Position numbers and translations under genes: made by a program | The notes under the pieces: generated by a model | What the model was told of the DNA's origin: nothing | Database searches by the model: none | Seen by the model: the letters and a program-made list of their open reading frames with translations, nothing else | In this document: in pieces, positions 37,868 to 51,060 of the stretch | Numbering within the stretch: position 1 is the first letter of the stretch | How the letters are laid out: each line of letters begins with the position of its first letter | From: Trichosphaerium sp. ATCC 40318 | Taxonomy: Eukaryota; Protista; Tubulinea | Direction: 5' to 3' | DNA: 64,000 bases | Assembly: GCA_038496445.1 (NCBI GenBank) | Contig: JALMLS010000064.1 | Location: 310,001 to 374,000, forward strand

Positions 37868-38709
37868 ATGTCCAGGCAAGGGCGATGCAAAGGTACAGTC
37901 ATATTAGTAGTTGCGACGTTGTAGGGGTTAAATTTAATTATTTAAAAGTGACATTTACTGGTGCTTCTAAAGTTGGCCGTACAACTCTAGCTAGAAGGAT
38001 AATGGGTAAAACAGATGAACAAGAATCTAGTATCCATAAAGAACTGTATACATCCGTTTTCACCGTAGATTCTAATGAAATACGCGTCGAGATTTGTGGT
38101 ATGTTATAAAAAAAAGTGTTTAGAACAGCTTTAATACATTTCAAAAAAATGTTTTTTTGATGTGATAATAATCGAGTTCCAGATTTAAACTCGCAGAAGA
38201 TAGCAACTCAGTCGTTTTGGCATGGGACTAGAGCTCTCGTACATGTTTGTTCTCTTACTGATGCATCTTCTTTTACTACTGCAAAGGACATACTAGTATT
38301 TCATCGTACCCAAGCACGTGATTTAATGAAAGCTCAAAAATATACGAACGTTTGACATTTTTTGTATTTTTAGTGTCCGAGTGCAGCGCTTTTTCTATTC
38401 GCGAATAAATGTGATGACGAAGAGAGTAGAGCAGTATCACCTCATATTTTTGAAAGTACAATAAAAGCAATAGGTTGTAGAGGTTTTAAGGTATCTGCAC
38501 TCACAGGAGAAGGTGTAGATGAAGCGTTTTTGGAGGTGTTAAGAGGTACAAAGAATTTGTTTGAAAAAAAAACAATACACGTGCTAATAACGATCGATTT
38601 AGAAGTTTCTTCAAAGAAACCTGCCTCTAGGAAAGGTGATACTATACGGTTGACGTCAAAAGATACTACACAAGATAAAAACACACAAGAAAAATCAGAC
38701 TGCTGCTAG
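37868..38709 (+). CDS. Divergent Rab-like small GTPase
   Basis: GASKVGRT, FANKCD, VSAL, C-terminal SDCC* prenylation motif. Confidence 0.75.
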
Positions 38710-39563
38710 AAGTTTAATGAAATGAGTCAACATTAAATGAATCAAACAAAACCAAGATTTCCGTTTCTATGCTTATACACTTCAGCATATTTATGGGTTA
38801 ACATTCTTGTACGAGCGCTGTTTCGCTCTGTAATAAATAGCTAGATTGGTAGACGTTAGAAGGGTGTTAATATCAACGGGAATAGGGAAAATCTAGAAGT
38901 ATACTAGAAGTGCTTTTTCTCCCACACCATCAACAAATTAAGAGTTTAGTCACCGGAAGTGGGCTACAGCACCCCGTCCTCAGGGGGGAAAGATTATGTG
39001 GTATATTTATTGAAGATGTGGCGAGAAAAAACGCTTCCATCATACTTCTAGATTTCTTGGACGATTCTTCTGTTACAAAATAAAAAGCTGGCTCGTCATC
39101 GTAACAAATATCACGTGTTCGTACTAATTTTATTTTATTTAGCAGACATCTCATTTGTTCTAAAACGTATGTATCAGCACTACAGTGATCAAGATATCCG
39201 TAGAGGTGATGGTGCGGTCTGACTTCGCCTTGTACAAGGATAAATGTGATATGTCACAAAGGTGCAATTTTACGTATCACAAAGGTGCAATTATTGTGAT
39301 AACAATAAAATAAGAAAGTATGTATTCTGACCGTTTTAAATTTATAGGAGACATTGTTATTATCTATGTTTAAACTACACTAACAGATCCCAAAATCTTT
39401 AAGTCAACTTCTTTTTTTGCCTTCTTGTCAAGACATCCCGCAAGCTATAATGGTTATATATCCTAAAGTACCATGTTATGATGCGTCTGGGGGCTTTTGT
39501 GTCACATGTCGTCACTGTGAGCTTGAAATGTCACTTTGAATGTTCAAAACATCCAAAACAACC

Positions 39564-40888
39564 ATGTTTACCAACACTATCGCAACACTTCTACTGCTAT
39601 CTATCATAAGCACGTGTCATGGAGTTTTGTGGAAACCAACAGGCGCAAATCCAATCGTATCCATGTACTGGGGTCAAGACTCTGCCGGTACGCTACCCTT
39701 AACACTTATTCTTAAAACTAGCTGTTGATACAATAAAAATAGGTACATCTCATCCATCTGAGCTTGAGAAGAACCTAGCGTACTACTGCGCTAACGCACA
39801 ATACGATGTCATCAACCTAAGCTTCATGATATCGTTTATAGATGGACGTCAACCGAATTGTGCTGTAGCCAACGCACCAGACCTTAACTTCGCTAATCAT
39901 GGCAATAACTGCTCTACCTTTGCGAATTGCCCTTTTTTACTTGATTGTGGATCTTCCATTGGACGAGATATCGCCACGTGCCAATCGATGGGCAAACGCA
40001 TAACTTTGTCACTAGGTGAGTGTTGTTTTAACTGTTTTTTATTTTGTAATAAACACTTAACGCTATAAGGTGGTGCTGCCGGTTCTTATGGGTTTACTTC
40101 TGATGCTCAAGGGACTCAATTCGCTTCTACAATCTGGGATATGTTTTTCGAAGGTAGTGGTCCACTTAGGTACGCGTAGCGCTTTAAATTTGTCACTTGC
40201 GAAAGCACACGTGTGTTGTTCAGTAAGATGTTGATTTTTATTAATTTTAACATAGACCTTTTGGGAATGTATCTCTTGATGGTATAGATTTGGATATTGA
40301 AGGTGGTTCTCCTATTGGTTATGGGGCATTTGTCACAGCCTTGAGAGGTCTTATGGAGAAGTCTTCCAAAAACTACATCATATCTGGTACACAAAATAGT
40401 ATTGCGTTTGGTTACTCTAAACCTTTCTTTAGGTGCTCCTCAGTGTCCATTTCCCGATGCATACCTTGGCCCTGGTTCTGGTAAAGCCCTTGGAGAGTAC
40501 GTCGCTCGTACTATAATAGTATATTAATCGTTGTATAAGAGCTGGAAAGAGTTTCAGTTACCTAAATGTTCAGTTTTACAACAACTATTGTGGTGCTTCA
40601 AACCCTTCCGAATTTCAAACTGCTTTTGCGAAATGGGAAGCTGCGGCGGCAAGTGATGGATATAAAATACTTGTTGGATTACCTTCTGCACCAAAAGCTG
40701 GTGGTGGATATGTAACGTATCAGGCCGCTTGTGAATTGTTGGCAAAAGTGAAAAGTTCCGCACAATTTGGTGGCGTTATGTTTTGGTATGTGTAGCTGTT
40801 TGAGTTGTATCTAACTTTTCTTTTTAGGGATGCTAGCTGGGACGGTATCAATGGATTTTACTCATCACATGTAAAATCATGCTTATGA
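39564..40888 (+). CDS. GH18 class III chitinase (hevamine-like)
   Basis: Signal peptide, [21 protein letters not shown] (catalytic DxDxE intact), [20 protein letters not shown]. Confidence 0.92.
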
Positions 40889-41319
40889 TAATAGAACAAC
40901 AGGCTATCGTGAATAAATTTTTTACTATTCTTAAAATATTCTTGTTCATTAAAATGAAAGCGGTTATCTTCCTATTTGTCTACTTTTAGTCTTTGTCAGG
41001 AAACCAACTCCATCTCTTTAATGCGGACGTACTTTTACAATACTGATCTTGCAAGAAATCAGACAGCTTCTCAGGGACATACACTATAGCTCTAAAAAGG
41101 ACTTGAGTTTTTTTGTTATTAGGGGATAAAACGAGTTAAAAATTATACCTAGTAATATACGTATGTTGGTCTTCACGGGGACAGTTTTTTGTGCGAAAAA
41201 TGTCTGAGGATACTAAGAAATTACAAGCAAATTGACTTGCAAATTCGGTTTAGAATTTGATTGACTGTGAAACCGCTTTGCGAAGTGTTGTAAAAACACA
41301 TTAACGCTACAAGTACGCT

Positions 41320-44300
41320 ATGTTTGTTAAGAAGACAAGAAGGAAGAAACAAAATTTGCGAAAGCGCTCTGTGGTGACAGATGAAACAGAAGATGCTGAG
41401 GGACCAGTTATTGTAAAGAAAAGCGCCAAGAACACCAAACGCGCGAGTATTCTGAGCTTTGCCAGTGAAGAAGTACAAATATCAGAAATAATACCGTATT
41501 ACTAACCTACGTCGAAAGGAGGATGCTGGGGATGAATTTAAAGTTAAAAAATCAGCACTCAGTCGTAAGATGGCCAGAAATAGCTCAAAACGCAAAAGAA
41601 GTGGTGTAAGCGCGAAATCTAGTTCAAAGAGCTCAATGCAACGGTATTTCATTTAAAAAAATAACAAGTCGGTTAAAACTAATCTAACAATGGTAAAATA
41701 GAGCTCCAAACGCTGATGATTTAGAAAGTGGAGCAACCGCAGGTGATCACGGGACATACACCAAAAAAGACTTGGAAGAACTTCGAAAAAATACACCAAC
41801 AATTATTGGGTCTAATACACGCAATCCATCTGGTTTTAATGTTGATAATATGGATATAAGTGTAGCTAACCCTTTAACAATGGTTCAACCAGACATGCAG
41901 ATAACACAAGACCATGAAGAGAGTACGTTGCTTTTGGTGTTTTTTTTGAAAATTTGAAAAAAGTTCAAGCTGTTATGTTCTCTTACTTGTACTTTAGCAC
42001 GTGTGAGAGATATATTAATGAGTAAGCGCGCACAAGCCGCTCGTGAAAAGCGGTCTCGTCAGAGACGGTATGGTCTAGATCGTGCGCCCGAAGAAGATAG
42101 AACAAGGTGGGGTGAGAGTAGGCTTGTTCGTGAAGAGGAGGAAGAAGATGGTACTATTAGTATTATATGTCACGTTGTCGAGTACTCATCTTTATGTGTT
42201 TAGATGAGAACACACAAATACATTTCAGAGATGTTAACAAAGGAGAACGTCGTGCGCCAAAGACTTTGTGGGAAGTCGAAGAAGGTAAGATTGCAACCAC
42301 ATTTAAAATTATCAAAAGTTAACATTACGAAAAAGATGGTTTTGAGGATGACGATGCTACCTTACGTTGGCAAGAACAACAAATCTTACGTAGTGTTGGT
42401 GGCAGAGCTGCGCGAAAAACATCAGAAATCGCATCAGAGGTTAAAGCACCACGTACGTATAAGGCAACTTGTAGTTAAAGCGATCTTATACCTTTTATAG
42501 ATTTACTTCTTCCTCCAAAACCTAGTTGTCCTCCTTTCGAGCAAATAGAAGGTCAAATCATTGAAGCACTACAAGGGCTTGAAGCTTCTCATGCAAAACA
42601 TAAGGCTCAGTTGGCACAACTAGTTCAAGAGTCTGGTGATTACAAAAATGCGTCTTTCCAAAAGAAAAATGCACTTTCAGATGCTTCACAATCGTATGAG
42701 TTTTTTCAAGAGATGCGTGACTACATTCTTGATCTTATAGATTGCTTTGAATGCAAGGTATGCATCTAATGATTACAAATATTCATTTTTGAGCACGTGT
42801 TTATCACGTGATTTTTATACTGAAACCAAAATTGTTCAAAAAAATTTGTGACAATCTCATGTTTTAACTGTTTCTCTGTGATTTAGATAGCTACAATAAA
42901 GAAACTTGAGCAAAATATACAAAAGTCTAGAACAGAACATATGACAAAGAAATTACAATCTGTGCATTGGTTCGAAAGAGATCAATTTGAAGAGATCAAA
43001 GAAATGGTAAGTTTGTTTGACTTTTTTTTTGTTGGATAACATGTCTTCTTTACTTTTGTTATTTTTATTGTTTGTTACTCATATATTAGTTACGTACTGG
43101 TGCAAAGATGTTACCAGCACCTAGAAACCCTCAAGCAATAGAACGTCGTAAAAATCGTATTTCTTGGCTTGAAAAGAAAAGAGAGTCAAGAAGAATTCGA
43201 GCAGATGTTAATGAATTACCTGAAGGTTGGTCTTCTGATGAGGAACCTGAGACACTAGAATACGAAATAGATGGTACGTTTCTTTGCATACATATCCCTT
43301 TAAGTAAGTACTAACATAATTATGTTTAGATGAAACTAAGAACGAAGTATCAAGTCTTTTTGAAGATGTTCATGAAGAGTTTTCTTCAATCAAACATGTC
43401 AAGGAGAAACTTGAATATTGGAAGTTTAATTATCCTTCTTCGTATAAACAGACTTATATGCCAGATGAGTTACCAAAGATATTTGGTGTATTTGCAAGGA
43501 TTGAATTACTTGACTGGACACCTTTTATTGATGATTTGAAAGAACAAAAAATGTCTTGGTACTCAACTCTTTTGACATATGGTATTCGTGTACGTGTACT
43601 TACTTGCTTATTACTTCAAAAACATTGCTCTTTTAAAGTTGAATTTGAAGCTGCTTTAAGGGTAACCCCTTAAAGGCAACACGTTTCGCTTTATTTGCTT
43701 TTTTTTTAAATAGTTTAAGCCAGGTTTGAGGCATTAAGCCTCACTTGATGTCTTGTCGTCTTAATTTGTTTTGTAACGTTATTTAATGGTTTCTATAGGA
43801 TGGTGAGGAACCAAAAGATGATGATTTGGATGCAAACCTTATCCCTAAAATTATACAACGAGTTGTTCTTGCCAAGGTTAAAAATGCATTATTAACATAT
43901 TGGAACCCTTTTTCTCGTGATCAAAACGAACGTGCAAAGAAACTTATGCGGTTCTTGGCAATGTCTGGAGTAAATCTAAGCGTAAGTAATAGACAGCGAT
44001 ACTCAATAGTGAAAAACAACACCTCTAAGACCAAAAACAAACTTAAGTTTAAACAAACAAACTAACAACCTTTTTTTTAGCCGCTACTAAATGAGATTTT
44101 TATCGCTTTCACGGGTGCTGTAAATAATATGATTCTACCACTTGGTCCAGAGTTTAAATCAGATGTTGCTAGATCATTTACAATGCGTCAATTTTGGAGA
44201 GCAATGAAGGTACGGATTGAGTATTTCTTTTTCTTTTTCTTCTTCTTTTTTTCTTTTGTCAATGACTTGTTTGTTGTTTACTGCTTGTCTCTTTCTTCTT

Positions 44301-44782
44301 CTTTTATTTAATTGTTGTTTTTAGTTGTTTTGTAATATTGTTAACTGGACAGAATTCGTTAAAGCTCAGAAGCTACAGTCTCTATGCATAGATAACCTAC
44401 TTAACCAAAAACTATTACCTTTTATAAAATCGACATCTTCTCTTCAAGCTTCACTTGAGTATTGCATAAAGGTACCCCTCCCCACCCCTTCGTTTATTCT
44501 TTTATTATCTACCTATATACCATAACTATTTACTCATGTATTGTTTAGGTTGCATCATTTATTCCAGAGAAAGCATTACGTGGTGGAAACTTGAGAGGAC
44601 TTAATTTATTTGCTTCTTATATTGTATCTTTATGTCGAAAGTTTGATACAAAATCATCTCAATCTGATGCTGAGAGAGGTATTCAGGGTGCTATAAAAAT
44701 TCTTTTTAGATTGAATATGTCAAAAGATGCTGAAAAATTAGCAAGACAATATAAAGTAGCTGTAACAATGCCAAATAAATAA
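41320..44782 (+). CDS. GCFC2/PAXBP1 (Ntr2-like) GC-rich sequence DNA-binding/splicing factor
   Basis: LSFASEE, WQEQQI, YEFFQEMRDYILDLIDC, EGWSSDEE, FEDVHEEF, ELLDWTP, DANLIPKII...YWNPFS. Confidence 0.82.
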
Positions 44783-45065
44783 TCAATTTGTACAAAAAGT
44801 CAATTCCATAACCAAACCATTTTTCTCTTTTTTTTTTTTTTAGTTCACCACTTGCTTGTACAACCTATGTACAAAAAAAAGCTATTTTTTGAGCCCTGTT
44901 GCATATCAGGACATTGTACAATGAAGTGAACGTGTATTCAAGCGAATTTGGATTGCACACTTTGTACGTTGTTACTAATGCCTCTTCGCCTTTGTAGTTC
45001 GAGACCAAAATCAGGTTCAAAAAAAACTTGCACAGATTACAGTACAGTACTTGTGATTCATGTGT

Positions 45066-46262
45066 TTATTTGTTGTACACTCTAGCCCCAAATATTGTAC
45101 TACCTACACGTACATTCGTACTACCCAAAGCAATCTATTCATAAAACGGTAAGAAAACAAATTGTACAGAGAAGAAAATCGACGTACAGCTTTATCAAAG
45201 TCACTACTCATACCCATGCTAAGCTCAACATCCTGAGGCTTAATACCCAAATCTTTAACAACACTCTCCTTGCATATGACTAATTTCTAAAGTAACGAGA
45301 TTACAACATTAGTAAGGGTCCAACAACAACGTAAAAGCAGAAAAAAGTATTCTGAACAAGACTAAAAAAAATCAACTATCGACAGTACCTTAAAGTCTGC
45401 TGTAGCATCACCTCCATAAGTACCAATTGTCATCAACCCACAAAATTTAAGTTGAGGACAACTCTCGATAATTTGTTTAACGAGTTCAACACACTTTGTT
45501 GGGTCAAGACCAGTTTTAGCTTTAAAAAAAATCACATGAATATCACGTGACTTTGTAAAAAATAAACAATCAAAAAAAGAAAAAAAAATGAGATAATGTG
45601 GTTTGGAAAATCATACTTTCTTCAATCGCAGTTTTAACCTGAACGAAGATATTTAGAGGGCGTCCACGAGTAAGTGCTGTCCATGATTTGTTCAAGGCTT
45701 TTGCTAATTTAAGGCTATCTACTGTCTCAACCATGAAAAGAGATTCAACACCTTTTCGGAAAAAAATTTAGGAATTAAAGCTTTAACTGACCTTATCAGT
45801 TCGTACTTGCTAGCATTTTAGCCTTATTTGATTGTAAATGTCCAATAAAGTGCCATTTGATGTCTTTTGGGAGCTTTATAGCGTTTAATGTTAATTATGA
45901 CATTTTATGGTATTTAACGGACCTCTGCTGCTTTTCCAACGAGTTCTTGAACCTAGAAAGTCAATTAGAAGGGTGAATTGGGTTTTCGCTAAACGTGCGT
46001 AATTCTCTCCAAAGTGGCGCTGTCCTGCGTCATAGCACGCTTTTATGAGAGATGCTGGCTTTATTTTGCTGACTGCAACTAGTCTCGTCTACTCTATTGT
46101 TAAAGAAGTACTAACGTGTCCAATGTACCTCGTGGGGCGTATCCAACTTCGATGACAGGTCTGCAACCTTTTGTTGCACCTAACGGCATTAAAATATACC
46201 GAGCAAACTGTACATACTGCCTTGAGATTAGTAACAACGTGAGACGCTCCAGGATCACTCAT
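45066..46262 (-). CDS. PLPBP: Pyridoxal phosphate homeostasis protein (YggS/PROSC)
   Basis: RLVAVSK, GQRHFGENYVQE, WHFIGHLQSNK, GLMTIG, LSMG, GSTNVRVGSTIFG. Confidence 0.93.
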
Positions 46263-46942
46263 ACGGATAAATTATGATTGTTAAGTTACAAACTTAGTTC
46301 AAAAGTAATTTGACGGCATGTTACGCGTATCTCTAGGATCTCGTTCGTATGGTAGAACCACAAGCAATAAAACTGCGTGTACAGTTAAAGTTATAGCAAA
46401 AAAGCAAACAGGCACGTTTATAGACCTTGTAATACCACTCACCTACGCAGTAGTATCTCTTAGGCGTCGAAAATATTGTACAGTAGACGATGAGAACTGT
46501 TTGGACATTGACATGAAAGGTACGTGTATAGGGACGTATACAGTGGCGAATTAACTATATTTAAGAACTCTCAGCGGGATCACTCATGTTTACAACAGTA
46601 GGAGGTACAAAATAGCATATATGAGCAAGCACTGTACCATCTAAAGCAATATATAGCGCCAAATCATGATATCAGACTAAAACGTGTAAAAACAATCGCC
46701 ACAATGGCCACTGACTTAAACATCGTACTCAAAAAGCATCTACCTGGCGATATCGAAACAGAGAAACACGATGACATAAAGTACGCTCATTTTTCAAATA
46801 CCACTTTCCATTTTCCTCTCTAACGTCTAAAAAGCGGCCGATCGCGCTACCTAAGATTTGGTGAAGGGTATGAGTACCTTTGTAGTCCTTTTTACGTTAT
46901 TCTAAGCTATTTTAAAGCGTAGTCAAAGTTGACACATCTGCC

Positions 46943-47397
46943 ATGGTTAAAGTTGAGAGTGATGGAGTGCCATTGATTTCTCATTGTTGGCTCATAGATG
47001 AGTTTCCATTTAAAGTATGAATGAACGGTTTTTTCTTTTTCTTGAAATGTCTGAAAAGTATTTTGATGAACCTCCTATTCTAAGTGCTCTTTCTACTCTA
47101 GAGCGATATAGGATTAATTATGGGTGCTGGTACTGTAACTAGTTTTGCGGATAAAAAACTAGAAGATGCTCCTAGACCAAAACGTGTGCCTCCTGATCAA
47201 GTGTTCCGCCTTGTACTATTTGTTATTTAACGTTTGTTGTTTTCCTAACAAAAACAATGTAGACTGAGGATTTCCGCACGAGAGTACGAACACCTGAGGA
47301 ACGACGTGCTGATCATCAAGACGTATTACCAGATGGATGGTTAGAAGACTTGAATGCCGAAATGGCTGGAATAGATGAGATAGATCCTAAATTTTAA
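46943..47397 (+). CDS. Small protein, possibly Apc13-like
   Basis: Three exons. LISHCWLIDEFP near the N-terminus and WLEDL near the C-terminus loosely resemble Apc13 blocks. Confidence 0.35.
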
Positions 47398-47613
47398 ACT
47401 TGTACAAATAAATCAAGAAAAGAAATGTACTGTAAAAAAAAATTTGATGAGTTGGACCTCTTGCACGATTTTTTTTTGAAGTATGAACTTGTGTTATGAG
47501 AGTTTTATAGTAGTAGCTTGTATTTATTACACAATTTTGGTGTTTAATTTTTTCTTGATAGGCACAAGTGGCAAAAAAAATAAGTGGTGTTTTTTTTCTT
47601 CTTTTTTTCCTAT

Positions 47614-48994
47614 TTAGGCCTTCTTTTTTCCAGCATCAACAACTAGTCTAGATACACCATATACCATTCCAAGTACTACCCATACCCCACCCAAAACAGC
47701 ACAAAGCCGTGTCACAAAGTGTCCTAAAGGATAGGATTTACCAGATATCTCCATCATCATCTCAGAAAATTCGTATTTAAAAAATACACCTACACAAGTA
47801 CAACATGAGTGTTTAAGGAAAATGTTAACTAAAAGTTTAGTATCTATGTATGTAAATTGAATTAATCATAGGAGATTAACCAGAGACTACAAACAAAACA
47901 CAGAACGAAATCAATCAAAAAAAAAATTGAAACAATAAATATGTGCCACAAACGCACCAGGCAATTTAACTCTTCCTGCGTCAGGATCTACAACCTCTGT
48001 ATGATTATAAACAGAGTATTGAGCACTCTGCATTGTGCGAAAACTTCCTTTATACTCTGTAGGTACAATCTTACAAAAATACTCTTGTCGCACAAGTTCT
48101 GTAAAAATAAACCATGTCAACACGTGGACAAAAAAAAAAATGAAAAAGAAAGAACTTCAGACGCACCTAGCTTTGTTCTATCTTGACTGTATCCCTCCAA
48201 AGGATTGATCATACCTGGGAAACTACTACCAAAATGGAATTGATGGATCTTATGACCAAAGTGGACATGCTCACGCATGTCTCGCAAATCCTTTCTAAAC
48301 GCTTTGTTATTTAAAAAAATACGTCTAAAAGAAAATGACAAGTAGCTATCTTGACGCACTTGGTTACACTGTGTATATGGTGTAAATGGGATCCATGGTG
48401 TGCAATATATGGCTTGGAGATAGTGACGTATAGATTGCCGCGCACCTTGAGGTCTGGTGTTAATTTTTTTTTTCATTTTCGCAACGTGGTTGTACCTTGT
48501 CGATATCGATTGAACCGAACATCCGGCACCCCTTGGGCACGCCTGCTGTCCCTGGGATCGATCTTTTTTGAATATGTAAGTGACCTTTTGCGTTTGTCCC
48601 TGTAATATCTAATTCGCTCATCCAGCACTCTGAAGACAAGTATTAGAGCGAAATAGCGTAATATCGCTACTTTTTTCAAAAAAGTGCCACGTCTTGTACG
48701 TACTATCGCATGGTAAACCGTAGAAACTCATATCAACGTTAACAGTAAGAGTGTTACCACGTGAGGTATCAACAAATATATAGTGCTCCTTTTCATGGTA
48801 AACATAGTTTCCTACCTCATATAGAAGTAGTAGAGACAAAAGAAAGCCACCAATGAGCGTAACTGAAACAAGTTATGCCGGAAAATAATGCTATTAAACG
48901 TACCTACGCCACCATACTTAGAACGCACTAATATATCTGTTGTGGTTTTAGGGAAGATGTCAAATCTTCTAAAAGTGCGCCCAAACCTTGTCAT
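47614..48994 (-). CDS. ERGIC2/ERGIC3 (Erv41/Erv46)-family cargo-sorting protein
   Basis: FDIFPK...GG, VDMSFYGLPC, GCRMFG, HKIHQFHFG...INPLEG, FKYEFS, RLCAVLGG, C-terminal KKKA*. Confidence 0.85.
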
Positions 48995-49144
48995 TGTTAG
49001 ACTGTGGGTTGCACGATCATGTACTGGCGTTCAAATGGTTTTAGAGCTAGTCAAAGAAAGTCGAGTGTTTCTTGCAACTTTTTAAGTCGAGAAATTAACG
49101 TAAACTCACCCAAACAAATTCTTTCAACCATCACAACCTTCGCA

Positions 49145-50292
49145 ATGTTTCCTAGAGTAGTAGCCAGAGCCAGCAGAGCCGTAGTTCGCCCTCGTAACAC
49201 CAGACAAGTTACCAAAACACAAAAGTCCATTAGGACATCTGTAAGTGCACTCAATGCCCTTTTCCGCTACCATTACGCATTTCTCCATTACATGAGTTTA
49301 CATTGCTCTAGAAAGTAACCAAGCTATCCACACGATCACCAATGGTATTGACACGCTCATACCATGTCACAAACTGGGTTTTGGAGGACAAAGAAACAGA
49401 CGTATCAGAAGCAGCAAAAGACCTCACCCACGAACAAGCCACTAAGAAAGTAATCGAGCTCGAAGAGAAACTAGAGGATATGACGGCAAAAGTTAAATAC
49501 GCTCTAGCCGAGAACGAGAATGTGCGTAAAATTGCAAAGAGAGGTACGCCTAGTGAATTATAAGCATTTCTAACGCGTAGTTTTAGACGTAGAGAATGCT
49601 AAAGAATTCGGAGTACAAAAATTAGTCAAACGCATCTTTGATGTAGTTGACACGACTAATATTTGCCTAAAAAACGCTCCAGAAGATGGTACGTTAACTT
49701 TAATGATACTTTTTTTTTGTTTGATTTTAAAAGGGTTTTTTTGACTCAATCTCTTCTTTAGCTGATAACAGCGCTTTGAAATCAGTACAAAAGGATTTAC
49801 TCAAAGTATTGGGTGAATGGGATGTTAAAGAATACTCACCAGAAGTTGGTGGAAAGGTACAATGTCGTAGAAAAGATTTTTCTTCAATTTTTTTTACTGC
49901 TCTTTTTCGTAAGTTTTTTTTTTTATTTTTGGCTGATTTTTCTGTTTAGTTTGATTACAATATTCATGATGCTCTATTTAATGTACCATTCCCACCAGAC
50001 TGTGACCATGAACCTGGTTCTATCGGAGCTGTATTAAAGACAGGATGGAAACGTAAAGATAATATTATCCGTATCGCCCAAGTCGGTGTTTTTCCATCTG
50101 TATGTTTTTTACGTAACATTTTTCTCCGATTTTTTTTTTTCTCTTGAGGTTGTTGACTTCATACGTCATCATCTTTCCGCTTTTTTTTATCTTCTTTATT
50201 GACACTTACGTCTTTGCTTTCAGGAGAAACCACCAAGCGAGCCAAAGAAAGAAGAGGGAGACTCTAACACAGATGCACCTGCAAGTTCTTAA
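49145..50292 (+). CDS. Mitochondrial GrpE nucleotide-exchange factor
   Basis: Arg-rich presequence, YALAENENVRK, FD...HDAL, GW...IIRIAQVGV. Confidence 0.85.
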
Positions 50293-51060
50293 ACGAAAGA
50301 AAAAAAAAGAAAACCGAAGAAACGTAAAAAGAAGACCACCTATCAAAGAAAACAATCAATTTTACGCTCAACACGTATCATGTAATCCACCTACAACCAG
50401 TGGATTCATGATTTATCAAACCTATGTCCAATATTAGGAATTTTTGTCCAACACTACTTAAATAGCCTTTAAGTTTATTTTTCATTTCTTTTATTGCACG
50501 TTTCGCCTGAACCGGATTTTTTGTTTTTTCGTTTCCTTTGGCAACAATTACTACAACCATCTTTTGGTTCGGATTTTAAAGAAATAGGCTTTCTTGAGAG
50601 AGCTAATCTTACAAATGCTTACCCTCTAAATGGACTTACAATCAACGTTTTATTAAGATGTAATTGAGTTCTTTCAATTTAAAATGTCAAGATTTGGTGC
50701 TTATTTTCTTCCGTTCATTACTTGCGTTGTATACCTTCTTCGCTCTCTCTAGATGTGGCTCCGTGAGCCTGCAACTTGTTTACTAAAGGGCTAGATACGC
50801 TAATCACATTGGGGGGGTGGGAGGTAGCAAATATAGAAGTACTCAATAGATAAATGCTAGACAAAGCTTTTTTTAGTTTGTTTGAATGGATTTAATAATA
50901 TTACAAATGTACAGCTATAATATCGCAATTACATGCCCTACACTTTCTTGGGAGGATAAGGGACTTTTTACAAAGGGCATCTATCTTCTTTCTTCTTCTT
51001 ATTGACTTGACTGCCAACAACAATTTTTCAAACAAAAAAGAACGACAGTGACCTTTTGGC

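Noticed and set aside
39255-39295. 16-bp direct repeat TCACAAAGGTGCAATT x2
   Set aside because: An isolated local duplication with no further structure.
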